This document shows positions 1-8,574 of a DNA stretch of 64,000 nucleotides, piece after piece. Source of the DNA: Nitrospirota bacterium. Its GTDB lineage: Bacteria; Nitrospirota; UBA9217. Position numbers and translations under genes: made by a program. The stretch covers positions 1 through 64,000 of the forward strand of contig OY760142.1 in assembly GCA_963663225.1 (NCBI GenBank), read 5' to 3'. Within the stretch, counting starts at the first letter, position 1, and each line of letters begins with the position of its first letter. The notes under the pieces were generated by a model. That model saw only the letters and a program-made list of their open reading frames with translations. It was not told the DNA's origin and ran no database searches.

Positions 1-186
1 TACATAAAAGCGATTATCGCCGCACGAAGGCTGTTTAATTCCCTGCCGCTGGAAGAAATAGAGTTTTACGAAAACGGGGAAAAGCTGGAAATACCGAAGG
101 GAGTTATTAACGAATTTCAGTTCACCGGGCTGTGTAATATTGATTTCGTTGAATATGATTTTTGGAAAGAGGTCTCCCATGAATGA
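1..186 (+). CDS. Phage hypothetical protein, partial (5' end outside window)
   Basis: Frame 1 is open from base 1 (YIKAIIAARRLFNSLPLEEIEF...) to TGA at 184-186. Confidence 0.55.
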   Translation, partial: YIKAIIAARRLFNSLPLEEIEFYENGEKLEIPKGVINEFQFTGLCNIDFVEYDFWKEVSHE

Positions 187-189
187 GCT

Positions 190-333
190 ATGAGATTGTG
201 TCCAGTATGTAAAAAATCAGAGTTGGAAATGGTGTTATTTTGGGCTGATAAACTAATATGCCCGAAGTGCGGATATTTTTGTGATAGGGATAAAGCATTG
301 AACACCCGCCCGCAGCGGGAGGAGGAGAAGTGA
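190..333 (+). CDS. Small Zn-ribbon phage protein (47 aa)
   Basis: Hand translation MRLCPVCKKSELEMVLFWADKLICPKCGYFCDRDKALNTRPQREEEK has two CxxC pairs. Its stop overlaps the next GTG (GTGA). Confidence 0.65.
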   Translation: MRLCPVCKKSELEMVLFWADKLICPKCGYFCDRDKALNTRPQREEEK

Positions 334-509
334 AGAAACCACGGTTATTTTACTACGAGGAAGCAGTTGATAACTATATTCCTGTTCCAGATTTGGTTGA
401 GAATATTGTTGATGTAAGTAGTTTCATGGCTGACAACGAAACAATAGAAATAATTTTTAAACGTATAGATATGACAGACGATGAATTTAAAAATTTACCG
501 GAAGCTTAA
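330..509 (+). CDS. Acidic phage hypothetical protein (59 aa)
   Basis: GTG start after a GGAGGAGG SD; (M)KKPRLFYYEEAVDNYIPVPDLVENIV...DEFKNLPEA; TAA at 507-509. Confidence 0.6.
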   Translation: MKKPRLFYYEEAVDNYIPVPDLVENIVDVSSFMADNETIEIIFKRIDMTDDEFKNLPEA

Positions 510-537
510 CCACACTCACCGGACGGGAGGATTGAAA

Positions 538-795
538 ATGATTGAGCTTGGAGACAGAGTAAAGGACAGAATTACCGGATTAAAAGGAATAGCCGTAGGC
601 ATATCTAAATACCTTTACGGTTGCACACGAATAGCCGTGCAGCCAGAGGAAGCAAAAGACGGGAAGCCCGCCGAGTGGTTCCATGTTGATGAGCCACAAC
701 TTGAATTAATGAAGAAATCTGTGGTTTCAGGTAGAGAAACACCAACTCATGGACCGCGTGAAAACATACTTCTCCGGAAGGAGTCGTTCAGATAG
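538..795 (+). CDS. Phage hypothetical protein (SH3/KOW-like LGDRVKDRITG type)
   Basis: GGGAGG SD before ATG 538; MIELGDRVKDRITGLKGIAVG...YLYGC resembles a recurrent small phage protein pattern. Confidence 0.7.
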   Translation: MIELGDRVKDRITGLKGIAVGISKYLYGCTRIAVQPEEAKDGKPAEWFHVDEPQLELMKKSVVSGRETPTHGPRENILLRKESFR

Positions 796-1137
796 CCGGT
801 CAGGCTTGGGAATTGAATCAGATCGGCGCGGTGGCAGGAATAAAAAGCGTCACAAGGCCCGTATTGAAAAATTATCACGTCGGAAGAATAGAATGAAATA
901 ACAATGCTATCGTCCCAGGAAAGGAAAATATGAAAAACCAGATCGTCCCCAAATGGGCACTACGGCAGGAAGGTATCACATCCAGACAAAGGATTGGCAG
1001 TTTGCTTGAGAAAAGCAGCAGAAGCCCATGAAAAAGAATTTAACCGTTCAGTTGAGGAAATTTTAAATTCGGTACGCCCATTGTAAGGACTGTAAATATA
1101 AGAACGTATGTGCATGGGGAAAGGAGGTGAAAGAAAA

Positions 1138-1419
1138 ATGAAAGATAAGATAGCTTCGGTTCCGCAGACAGAAAAAAATACACAGGTACAATCTGAATTA
1201 AATGAATTAATACACGTTGCCGAGGAAATGGATACTACTATTTTGCGCCTCAGGGAACGCATGAAATCAGTATTAATTACAACTCCGAAAGCTGAAACAG
1301 TAGACGCAAATAAACCCTGTCAACTTGTTTCTCATGCGGAAGAATTGAGAAATTTGCGAATCATGCTTTCGTACCAAAACGAGACGCTCAAAGACACAAT
1401 AGCGTGTTGCGAATTATAG
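1138..1419 (+). CDS. Phage coiled-coil hypothetical protein
   Basis: Strong SD AAGGAGGTGA before ATG 1138; heptad-rich helical sequence. Confidence 0.65.
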   Translation: MKDKIASVPQTEKNTQVQSELNELIHVAEEMDTTILRLRERMKSVLITTPKAETVDANKPCQLVSHAEELRNLRIMLSYQNETLKDTIACCEL

Positions 1420-1434
1420 AAAGGAGGTGAGTTA

Positions 1435-1488
1435 ATGGCTAAAGCTCCAAAGGCAGTAAAGAAGTCAAAAGGCGGTAAGAAGTGCTAA
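1435..1488 (+). CDS. 17-aa Lys-rich micropeptide MAKAPKAVKKSKGGKKC
   Basis: SD AAGGAGGTGA at 1421-1430, ATG 1435, TAA 1486-1488. It directly follows the upstream ORF. Confidence 0.5.
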   Translation: MAKAPKAVKKSKGGKKC

Positions 1489-1596
1489 GTAGGACATCTC
1501 AAAACCAACTCTAAAAGAAAGGAAGGACAGAACCGGAAAAATAAAGTATTAAAAAAACTAGGGTTGTTGTAGACAATATTACCTTTTAACGGCGAA

Positions 1597-1618
1597 GCCC
1601 CTCCCTCACGGGAGGGGC
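1597..1618. terminator. GC-rich hairpin separating the phage ORFs from the integrase promoter
   Basis: GCCCCTCCC-TCAC-GGGAGGGGC is a perfect 9-bp stem, but there is no clear U-tract. Confidence 0.45.
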
Positions 1619-1636
1619 ACTATAATTATGATCATG

Positions 1637-1666
1637 TTGACAGAACATAGAGATTTATCATATAAT
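1637..1666 (+). promoter_or_regulatory. Sigma70 promoter of the integrase
   Basis: TTGACA (1637-1642), 18-nt spacer, TATAAT (1661-1666). ATG 1673 lies 6 nt downstream. Confidence 0.7.
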
Positions 1667-1672
1667 TTCATC

Positions 1673-2848
1673 ATGGCCGGAACGATTCGTTGTAATAAGT
1701 GCGGTGTTGCCATGAATCCAAAAACAGGCACTTGCCCGAAGTGTTTCCGCGCCCCCTGCCATATTTATCTATTCTATCAAGGTGAACGCCACAAATTCTT
1801 CCGTGACACTCAGGGAGACTTATTCAGCTACATGAAAGCCGTCAGCCAGTCAGTATCAATGCAACGAGATATTGACGATAAGAAATTTAATCCTGTTGAC
1901 TGGAATCATGTCAGAGTAAAAGAGCGTCTTTTTAAAAACATGATGCAGAAATGGTTAGATCAGGTAGAAGAAGAAGTTGAGTCTAACGAATTATCATACG
2001 GTTCTTTCCATAGCTACCAGTCAAGGGCAAAAAATCATACCATACCATTTTTAGGAAACAAGGACGTAAGGGAAATACGATTTCACGACCTTGAGGAATT
2101 TAAGGACTCATTACCAAAGAAGCTTAAAATAGCCACCAGAAAAGCAATTATAAATGACCTCAAGACGGCTATGAGATGGATGCACCGTAAGGGAATTATT
2201 GAAGCATTACCGCCCTTCCCGATTATAAAAGGTAACGATTCTGAGTCAAAGATGGCATTGAGCTACGAAGATCAGATTGAGGCTTTAAAGAAAATTCCAG
2301 ATAAACATAGAGACATATTTGAGTTTGAGTTTGAAACAGGTATAAGACCGGGTGAGTCTTGTGCGCTGAAAATAAAAGACCTGGATTTTAACGACCTGTC
2401 CGCAAGAATATGCCGTACTTTCACCATGAGACGGATTAGAGAGTCCGACAAGGAAGGTCATAAGGAAACAATCCCGCTATCAGATCGGGCAATTGAGATA
2501 GCCAAGAAGAACTCTAAAGAAAGATTTCCTGAGGATTGGTTATTTATTAATCATGATACGAAACGTAATTATACAGTACAGTATTTAGGCAAGTGGTGGA
2601 AGATATGGACAGGACTCACCTGCTCTCATTACGAAGGCTCTAGACACTCTTTCTGCACGCAAATAGCGGAATCAGCAAACGACTCCGCAGCGCAAAGACT
2701 TATGCGCCACGCTGATAAAAGATCAACGGAAAAGTACACTCATCACAGACCTACATACCTACGAGACGTAGTAAATAATAGAGGAAAGGTGGTTGAATTA
2801 AAAAAGTCTACTTACCGTGAGCGTACCTTATTAAATAAAAAACCCTAA
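1673..2848 (+). CDS. int: Tyrosine recombinase/phage integrase with N-terminal Zn ribbon
   Basis: Catalytic motifs TGIRPGE, SHYEGSRHSF, MRHAD and TEKYTH; N-terminal CNKC...CPKC; adjacent to a tRNA-derived att site. Start placed at 1673 from the promoter position (ORF track gives 1628). Confidence 0.92.
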   Translation: MAGTIRCNKCGVAMNPKTGTCPKCFRAPCHIYLFYQGERHKFFRDTQGDLFSYMKAVSQSVSMQRDIDDKKFNPVDWNHVRVKERLFKNMMQKWLDQVEEEVESNELSYGSFHSYQSRAKNHTIPFLGNKDVREIRFHDLEEFKDSLPKKLKIATRKAIINDLKTAMRWMHRKGIIEALPPFPIIKGNDSESKMALSYEDQIEALKKIPDKHRDIFEFEFETGIRPGESCALKIKDLDFNDLSARICRTFTMRRIRESDKEGHKETIPLSDRAIEIAKKNSKERFPEDWLFINHDTKRNYTVQYLGKWWKIWTGLTCSHYEGSRHSFCTQIAESANDSAAQRLMRHADKRSTEKYTHHRPTYLRDVVNNRGKVVELKKSTYRERTLLNKKP

Positions 2849-2869
2849 TAATTCAATACTAGGGTTTAA

Positions 2870-2893
2870 TTCGATTCTCATGCTCTCCCGCCA
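2870..2893 (+). repeat. att site: 3' fragment of tRNA-Sec (selC)
   Basis: TTCGATT (T-loop) + CTCAT (5-nt T-stem arm) + GCTCTCCC (8-nt acceptor arm) + G + CCA. The 13-nt 8/5 spacing is characteristic of bacterial tRNA-Sec. No tRNA 5' half is present upstream. Confidence 0.8.
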
Positions 2894-3055
2894 ATAAATC
2901 TGCGCCCTGCCAAAATCCCCCTCCATGCAACAACTATACGCTAAAAAAAACGACCCTCTTGAAACCTTTTCTTAATTTTCTTAATTTATCTTTTAGTATT
3001 TGAAATTTTATGATATATTTTCTGACAATAATTGTTCCCTAAGGATGGTACACGA

Positions 3056-3430
3056 ATGTCGACCCCGGAAAGAAGAGAACCGCGGTACAGCGTTCCAGAC
3101 CCTTGTCAAAAGTATATTACGTTCAAAGTAAAACACGGCCAGGAACTTGTGCCTGCGGTCATCGGTAATTTCAGCCGGAACGGCATTCTTTTCGAATGTC
3201 CGGTGCAATTTAATAAAGGAGACCGCACTGAATGCGTTCTGAGGATCAATCTGGTCATTAATCGGGAGATAACATTCGGGATCGATGTCAAATATTGCTT
3301 CGAGAACAAAGGTTCCTTTATTATGGGCGCCGCCATCTATGCGATCTCGGAAGACACCTGGTTCGATGTTTTTGAAGAAATATTTGATTTCATTGTTGTT
3401 CGACAAGGGGAAAATAAAACCTCCACTTGA
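3056..3430 (+). CDS. PilZ domain protein
   Basis: ERREPR (RxxxR) and NFSRNG (D/NxSxxG) c-di-GMP-binding motifs. Confidence 0.85.
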   Translation: MSTPERREPRYSVPDPCQKYITFKVKHGQELVPAVIGNFSRNGILFECPVQFNKGDRTECVLRINLVINREITFGIDVKYCFENKGSFIMGAAIYAISEDTWFDVFEEIFDFIVVRQGENKTST

Positions 3431-3829
3431 AATATCAGGTTTTTAACTGCACCTAAAGAGTGGTCTCTTTTCCAGATCAAAAGCTTTCACGCCTTGTCGG
3501 CATGCTAAATTCTTCACGTCTTTGAGATTTTGAATGCGCTGATAATTAATTCTTCTGCATCCTCTACGCAAAAAAGACAGAATGAACCTACTATATTCCT
3601 GCACCAACCGGATTCTTGCGTCTGCCAGATTGCGCTTACAGCTTCTGTGAAGGACTGCTCGTAAAGTTTTTCACTTGCATTTTGCCGTGGTTTTGCTACA
3701 ATTTTGGCGCCTTAATCCTCCGTAGGTACATAACATATTCGTAAATACAGCCTACATCCGCCATAGTCAACACATGGTCGGGTATTTTTTAAATTTATTC
3801 AGTGGTCATTATATCGGAGGAGGTCTATC

Positions 3830-4375
3830 ATGCCCAAAAAAGCTGCAAAAAAGAAGGCCATTAAAAAGACGGCAGGTAAAAAATCCGTCAAAAAAACTCT
3901 GAAAAAGAACGCAGGCAAGAAGAAAGCTGCCAAGAAGAAAACAGCAAAGAAAAAAACGGCAAAAAAAGCTTCCCCAAATAAAAAACCAACCAAAAAATCG
4001 ACAAAAAAAAGCGTTGCCCCGAAAACAAAACCTGCAAGCAAACCAACTGTTCCCGTCAAAACATTTGAAATTGAGCCGGGCCCCGCTACCATGATTACCT
4101 CGCCGGTAGAAGAGCCGATCCAGCACGAAATAGCGGTCGGCACCGTGACCCATTACTACAGCCATCTTAACGTAGCTGTGGTGCAACTCAACACGGGCAC
4201 GCTCGATACAGGCGCCACGATTCATATTAAAGGCAATACGACCGACTTTACGCAAAAAGTAGAGTCCATGGAGTTTGAGCACCAGTCTATTGCACAGGCA
4301 ACCGCGGGCCAGAGCTTCGGCCTCCGGGTCAAAGAGCATGCACGGGAACACGATATCGTTTATCTGGTAAAATAG
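3830..4375 (+). CDS. Histone H1-like Lys/Ala-rich N-terminus fused to a translation-factor-type beta-barrel
   Basis: KKAAKKK repeats over about 70 aa; C-terminal VGTVTHYYSHLNVAVV...G..IHIKG.TTDF.Q.V.SM pattern; SD GGAGG. Confidence 0.8.
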   Translation: MPKKAAKKKAIKKTAGKKSVKKTLKKNAGKKKAAKKKTAKKKTAKKASPNKKPTKKSTKKSVAPKTKPASKPTVPVKTFEIEPGPATMITSPVEEPIQHEIAVGTVTHYYSHLNVAVVQLNTGTLDTGATIHIKGNTTDFTQKVESMEFEHQSIAQATAGQSFGLRVKEHAREHDIVYLVK

Positions 4376-4518
4376 CCATGCTGACCACAGGTTGCTGCCC
4401 AGCTACTAACTATCTTTTTTAACTCATCATACTTTACCAGTTGTTCAGCGCAGGCATCAATCCTGCGCTGTTTTTTTCAGTAGGTTTTGTGAAAATACCG
4501 CTGTACGAGGAGGCCCTC

Positions 4519-6150
4519 ATCCCCACCATTCATGGAAATGTAAGCGGCTTGAAACCCGCCGAGATAAAAATGCTGGAACGTCTGTACCGCAGGAAAATGC
4601 CTCCCAACACGGTCATTACGCCCGAGGCAGCGCGGGCATTAACCGAATCTTCTGCGGCAATAAACCGTCAAGTGGGGCTCATCATCGACCGATCCGGTAA
4701 TGTCAGGAACGTACTCATCGGCACCAATAAAGACATTCTTATCCCCGATCTTTCTGAGCACCGCCTCGGCACCAGGCGTCTGCGCGGTGTCAGATTTATT
4801 CATACCCACTTAAAAGACCAGCCGCTGAACCAGGAGGATCTTACCGACCTTGCGCTGCTCCGCCTTGATATGATTGCCGCATTGTATGCACGGCCGGACG
4901 GTCTTCCCGGAAATATTTCCCTGGCACACCTCGTACCACCTAATCCTGAGGGAAAGCTCTATGAGGTATTGCCGGTACAATCCGTCCACGCCGTCAGCCT
5001 GGAGGCGGCTGAATTCATCGCTGACATCGAACGCCAAATGGAGCGCGCACAGGCCGCGGTAGAGGTTGCAAAAAAAGACCGGGCCATCCTCGTCAGCGTA
5101 TCAAAGAAATCAAAACAGGAGCAGGAAGAATCCATTGAAGAGTTGAGAGAGCTCGCCCGCTCGGACAATATCACCGTCCTCGACACGGTGATCCAGCGGC
5201 TGTACGATATCAATCCCAAGTATTTGCTGGGCGAAGGCAAGCTCAAGGAAATGATCATCCGATCCCAGCAACTCGGCGCGGACCTTATTGTTTTTAACCA
5301 GGATCTTACTCCAGCACAAGTCAAGGCCATTGGTGATATCACCGAAATGCGCGTCATAGACCGCACGCAGCTTATCCTTGATATCTTCGCCCGCAGGGCA
5401 CACAGCGGAGACGGCAAAGTACAGGTTGAACTGGCGCAGCTCAAATACCGTCTTCCTCGTCTGTCTGAACGATCTACCGCTCTCTCGCGGCTCACGGGAG
5501 GAATTGGAGGAAGAGGCCCGGGAGAAACGAGGCTCGAAATTGACATGCGCCGGGCACGCGACAAGATTCGCAGGCTTGAAAAACAGCTTGATGCGCTCGG
5601 CAAAGCCAGGGATCAGCGCCGGGAAAGACGCGTCCAGAGCGCCATCCCGATTGTTTCCATCGCGGGATATACAAACGCAGGGAAGTCCACTCTCTTCAAC
5701 GCACTTACCAAATCAACGGTCAAGGCTGAGAATCTGCTTTTCGCCACTCTGGACACCGCTACGCGCAGGCTTCGTTTCCCTCGCGACCGCGAAGTGGTTA
5801 TCACGGACACGGTGGGGTTTATCAAAGATTTGCCGAAAGACCTTCTGGGGGCATTTCGCGCCACCCTTGATGAAATGCAGGATGCGGATTTGATCATGCA
5901 TGTGGTGGACATCAGCAATCCGCGATTTGAGCAGCAAATGGAGTCCGTGGACAAGCTCCTTGCTGAAATCGGACTTGACCATATTTCCAAACTCATCGTC
6001 TTTAATAAAACGGACCTCGTGAACCCACTCTGGGCACGGGCCATCGCGCACCGGTTCGACGGCGTGCTCTGTTCAGCAATCAAACCCGATACGTTTGGAG
6101 ATCTTTTGAGGGAAATCGAAAAAAAAGTGTGGGTACACGACGAGGCATGA
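4519..6150 (+). CDS. hflX: GTPase HflX (long form with N-terminal extension)
   Basis: GYTNAGKST, LFATLD, DTVGFI, NKTD and GGIGGRGPGET motifs. Start is uncertain: SD GAGGAGG points to ATC 4519, while the ORF track gives TTG 4441. Confidence 0.95.
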   Translation: MPTIHGNVSGLKPAEIKMLERLYRRKMPPNTVITPEAARALTESSAAINRQVGLIIDRSGNVRNVLIGTNKDILIPDLSEHRLGTRRLRGVRFIHTHLKDQPLNQEDLTDLALLRLDMIAALYARPDGLPGNISLAHLVPPNPEGKLYEVLPVQSVHAVSLEAAEFIADIERQMERAQAAVEVAKKDRAILVSVSKKSKQEQEESIEELRELARSDNITVLDTVIQRLYDINPKYLLGEGKLKEMIIRSQQLGADLIVFNQDLTPAQVKAIGDITEMRVIDRTQLILDIFARRAHSGDGKVQVELAQLKYRLPRLSERSTALSRLTGGIGGRGPGETRLEIDMRRARDKIRRLEKQLDALGKARDQRRERRVQSAIPIVSIAGYTNAGKSTLFNALTKSTVKAENLLFATLDTATRRLRFPRDREVVITDTVGFIKDLPKDLLGAFRATLDEMQDADLIMHVVDISNPRFEQQMESVDKLLAEIGLDHISKLIVFNKTDLVNPLWARAIAHRFDGVLCSAIKPDTFGDLLREIEKKVWVHDEA

Positions 6151-6198
6151 GAATCTGCAGGCAACCACTTCAGCCGGATAAGGTATGCAAATCAGGAA

Positions 6199-6918
6199 CT
6201 ATTTTCCTGCTTCTGTTTCAGAATCGGTTGTTATCGCACTGAAGTAATCTATCAACGTTTGAATAAACGCCCTGTCCTTGTCCGTCAAGTTGACGAACTC
6301 AACGCCAATTTCGTGGGCTGTTTGTCGCTTATTATCCGACATCTGACAAGAGACAACTCTTCCGACCAAATGCATGTCCCTGTCTGTATTCAGGGAAAGC
6401 GTCATAGGAATGGCGCTTTCTATCGACAGCGCCTGCTCACTCTCAATAAGCATACCGGTCAGGCTCATTGTTTTCACCTTGAATTGTGCTGGAAAACTGA
6501 GGAGTTTTTCCTGCGGCGTCGTGATACTGAAGCGGATGGAAAGCCTCCGCTCAACGGCCACCGGTTCTTCCTGCTCTCTATTCTGTGTAGCCGATTTCAG
6601 AAACTCAGAAATGGTATTCGATTGTCCGTCTTTAAACATCATTCCGACTTTGTAGACCATGCTCTGTTGCCCGTTGGCGCGGTCCTCTATTCCGCTTAAC
6701 TGAGAACGTACGACAACGCCCCTCACATCGATGCTGCTTGCTTTATCGCCCAGCTTCAGCATGATTTCTTTGCCGAAATTCAACCTTCTATCGGCCTTCA
6801 GAGAGACCCCGCCAATGCTGATATTGTCTATCTCAACTTTTTCAGCCAAGCTCATCTTGCCGTTTATATCCAGCAAATCCAGTCTTAATCTTTTATACCG
6901 TCTTCTGTCTTCCATCAT
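6199..6918 (-). CDS. Tandem PilZ domain protein
   Basis: DRRRYKR...NISIGG and ERRLSIR...TMSLTG. Confidence 0.85.
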   Translation of the reverse strand: MMEDRRRYKRLRLDLLDINGKMSLAEKVEIDNISIGGVSLKADRRLNFGKEIMLKLGDKASSIDVRGVVVRSQLSGIEDRANGQQSMVYKVGMMFKDGQSNTISEFLKSATQNREQEEPVAVERRLSIRFSITTPQEKLLSFPAQFKVKTMSLTGMLIESEQALSIESAIPMTLSLNTDRDMHLVGRVVSCQMSDNKRQTAHEIGVEFVNLTDKDRAFIQTLIDYFSAITTDSETEAGK

Positions 6919-6981
6919 CCTGTGCCTCCATCACGCTGCCGACAACAGCAGGAGATCATCACTCCTGGAGCGCTGCTCCCC

Positions 6982-8319
6982 TCATTTTCCACCGACAGAT
7001 AATGTTTTTATCCGTAACGATGGACAACCAAGCCGGCCAAAAAATCTGATATCGCTGCCCACAGCGTCAATGTGCTTCATAAAATCGAGGATATTGCCCG
7101 CAATAGTAATTTCGCGCACCGGGTGGATTTTTTCCCCTTTTTCTATCCAAAAACCCGTGGCACCTACTGAAAAGTCACCGGATATGGCGTTCGCGGTATG
7201 CATACCCATAACTTCAGTAACCAGCAGTCCTTTATCCACGGACTGGATCAACTCATCCAAGGAGGTCTTCCCCGGTTCTACATACAGGTTAGTGATGCCG
7301 ACTCCCGGAATGCTTTTGAAGCCGCCGCGCATCCCGTTCCCCGTGGATAGGGTTTCCGCTTTGTTTGCCGTATAGCAGTTATGCAGGAACATGACGAGTC
7401 TGCCTTTGTCGATAAGGACCTTATCTTTTACAGGCACGAGTTCGTCATCACAGGGAGCCGTTCCAAGCCCCTGTTCGAGAAAGCCGTCATCGTGTACTGA
7501 AATAAGGGAAGATGCAACCTCGGCGCCCAACTTCCCTTCAAAAAGAGATCTTCTTTTCTGAACGCTTTCTGCAGAAAAGCCGCCTGCAATGAGTCCGAGA
7601 AACTCCTGGGCGACGCTGGATTCAAGAACAACCGGGGCCGCCGTGGAGTCGATATGCTTTGCACCGAGAAGATCAAGCGCTTTTTGCGCTGCCCTGCGGC
7701 CCACGGCCTCTATTTCAAGTTTTTGGTAGAATCTGTTCATATCGAATTCGAAGCCTGCCTGCGATTCTCCCTTGTCTTCCGCAACAACTTCAATGCTCGA
7801 TGAACAGGAGGTGCTCCGAAAAAAGATTTCCGCGCCCTGCGTGTTCATAATCAGTGTTTCCGCATCCGAGAAACCGGCGGAAGCTTTCCGAACACGTTTG
7901 ATCCTGGCATCAACGGCAAATGCCTCCCGTTCCATTGCCATGACGCGATCAATCTTTTCTTTTTCCGTCAGAGCAACGATGTCCGGATCAAAAACAGCGA
8001 CTTCCCGGTAGGGAGAATCAGGTTTTACCGGCAAGGAAAGATAAGGGTCCGGCTCCGTGTTTTGTGCGTTCATGGCAGCAGTCTGGGCGAGAGTCCTGAG
8101 AGCGCCGGTGGAGAGATCTGTTGTAAACGCAAAACCCAAACGCTGCCCCAGCAGCACGCGCAACCCTATGCCTATGTCTCTGGCACGGTCGAAGGCATCG
8201 ATTTTTTGTTCTTTTATCTCTAGGGAAGTTGCGGAATAAGAACGAAGATAGACGTCAGCAGCATCAACCTTGCAGTCTCTGGCGAAGGAAAGAACTTTTT
8301 CAGCAATTTTTTTTTCCAT
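6982..8319 (-). CDS. pmbA: TldD/PmbA family protein (PmbA/TldE type)
   Basis: STGN, GDFSVGA, REITIAGN and PSL motifs; no HExxxH. Start MEKKIAEK at 8319; the longer ORF runs into a repeat element. Confidence 0.9.
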   Translation of the reverse strand: MEKKIAEKVLSFARDCKVDAADVYLRSYSATSLEIKEQKIDAFDRARDIGIGLRVLLGQRLGFAFTTDLSTGALRTLAQTAAMNAQNTEPDPYLSLPVKPDSPYREVAVFDPDIVALTEKEKIDRVMAMEREAFAVDARIKRVRKASAGFSDAETLIMNTQGAEIFFRSTSCSSSIEVVAEDKGESQAGFEFDMNRFYQKLEIEAVGRRAAQKALDLLGAKHIDSTAAPVVLESSVAQEFLGLIAGGFSAESVQKRRSLFEGKLGAEVASSLISVHDDGFLEQGLGTAPCDDELVPVKDKVLIDKGRLVMFLHNCYTANKAETLSTGNGMRGGFKSIPGVGITNLYVEPGKTSLDELIQSVDKGLLVTEVMGMHTANAISGDFSVGATGFWIEKGEKIHPVREITIAGNILDFMKHIDAVGSDIRFFGRLGCPSLRIKTLSVGGK

Positions 8320-8380
8320 ACTGCACCGAAAACGAGTTGCTAAAAAAACCGCGAATACAACTCTTTGTCCGTAAAAATTC

Positions 8381-8490
8381 AGTGGAAGCCCACCGGCAGG
8401 AGTTGGAGGCTCCCCCGATAAACGCAACCTCCCGCGACGTACCACCTTCCTCCTCCGACAGGAGTCGGGGAATTCCATGTCGCAAGGATT
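8381..8490 (-). mobile_element. IS200/IS605-derived miniature element (PATE/MITE), copy 1
   Basis: Two imperfect hairpins with TCCT loops on the minus strand; aligns by eye with the copies at 15001 and 15299. Confidence 0.65.
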
Positions 8491-8574
8491 ATAGAGAGGT
8501 TTTCAGAATACAAAACCGGGGCGTGGTTTTTAGGTTCCTTTAGGCATTCACAACATTGTTATCCAGGTAAGATA

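Larger units (their letters stand above)
1..2893 (+). mobile_element. Right end of a prophage/integrative element inserted at tRNA-Sec
   Basis: Densely packed short co-oriented ORFs with phage-like character, followed by a tyrosine integrase and a tRNA 3'-end fragment. Host-type genes begin after 2893. Confidence 0.8.

Noticed and set aside
905-1086. Phage reading frame MLSSQERKI-TGA-KTRSSPNGHYG... as a possible selenoprotein, given integration at selC
   Set aside because: There is no redox-motif context, no recognisable family and no clear SECIS hairpin after the TGA. A chance stop is more likely.
2840-2893. Complete tRNA gene
   Set aside because: Only the T-loop to CCA portion is present; the upstream sequence cannot form the D or anticodon arms.
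8320-8478. 53-aa N-terminal extension of PmbA in the ORF track
   Set aside because: The extension is read through the repeat element; family similarity starts at MEKKIAEK.
8381-8490. Structured intergenic sequence as 6S RNA or a riboswitch for pmbA
   Set aside because: It recurs twice near 15 kb in unrelated contexts and has IS200/IS605-like ends, so a mobile repeat explains it better.
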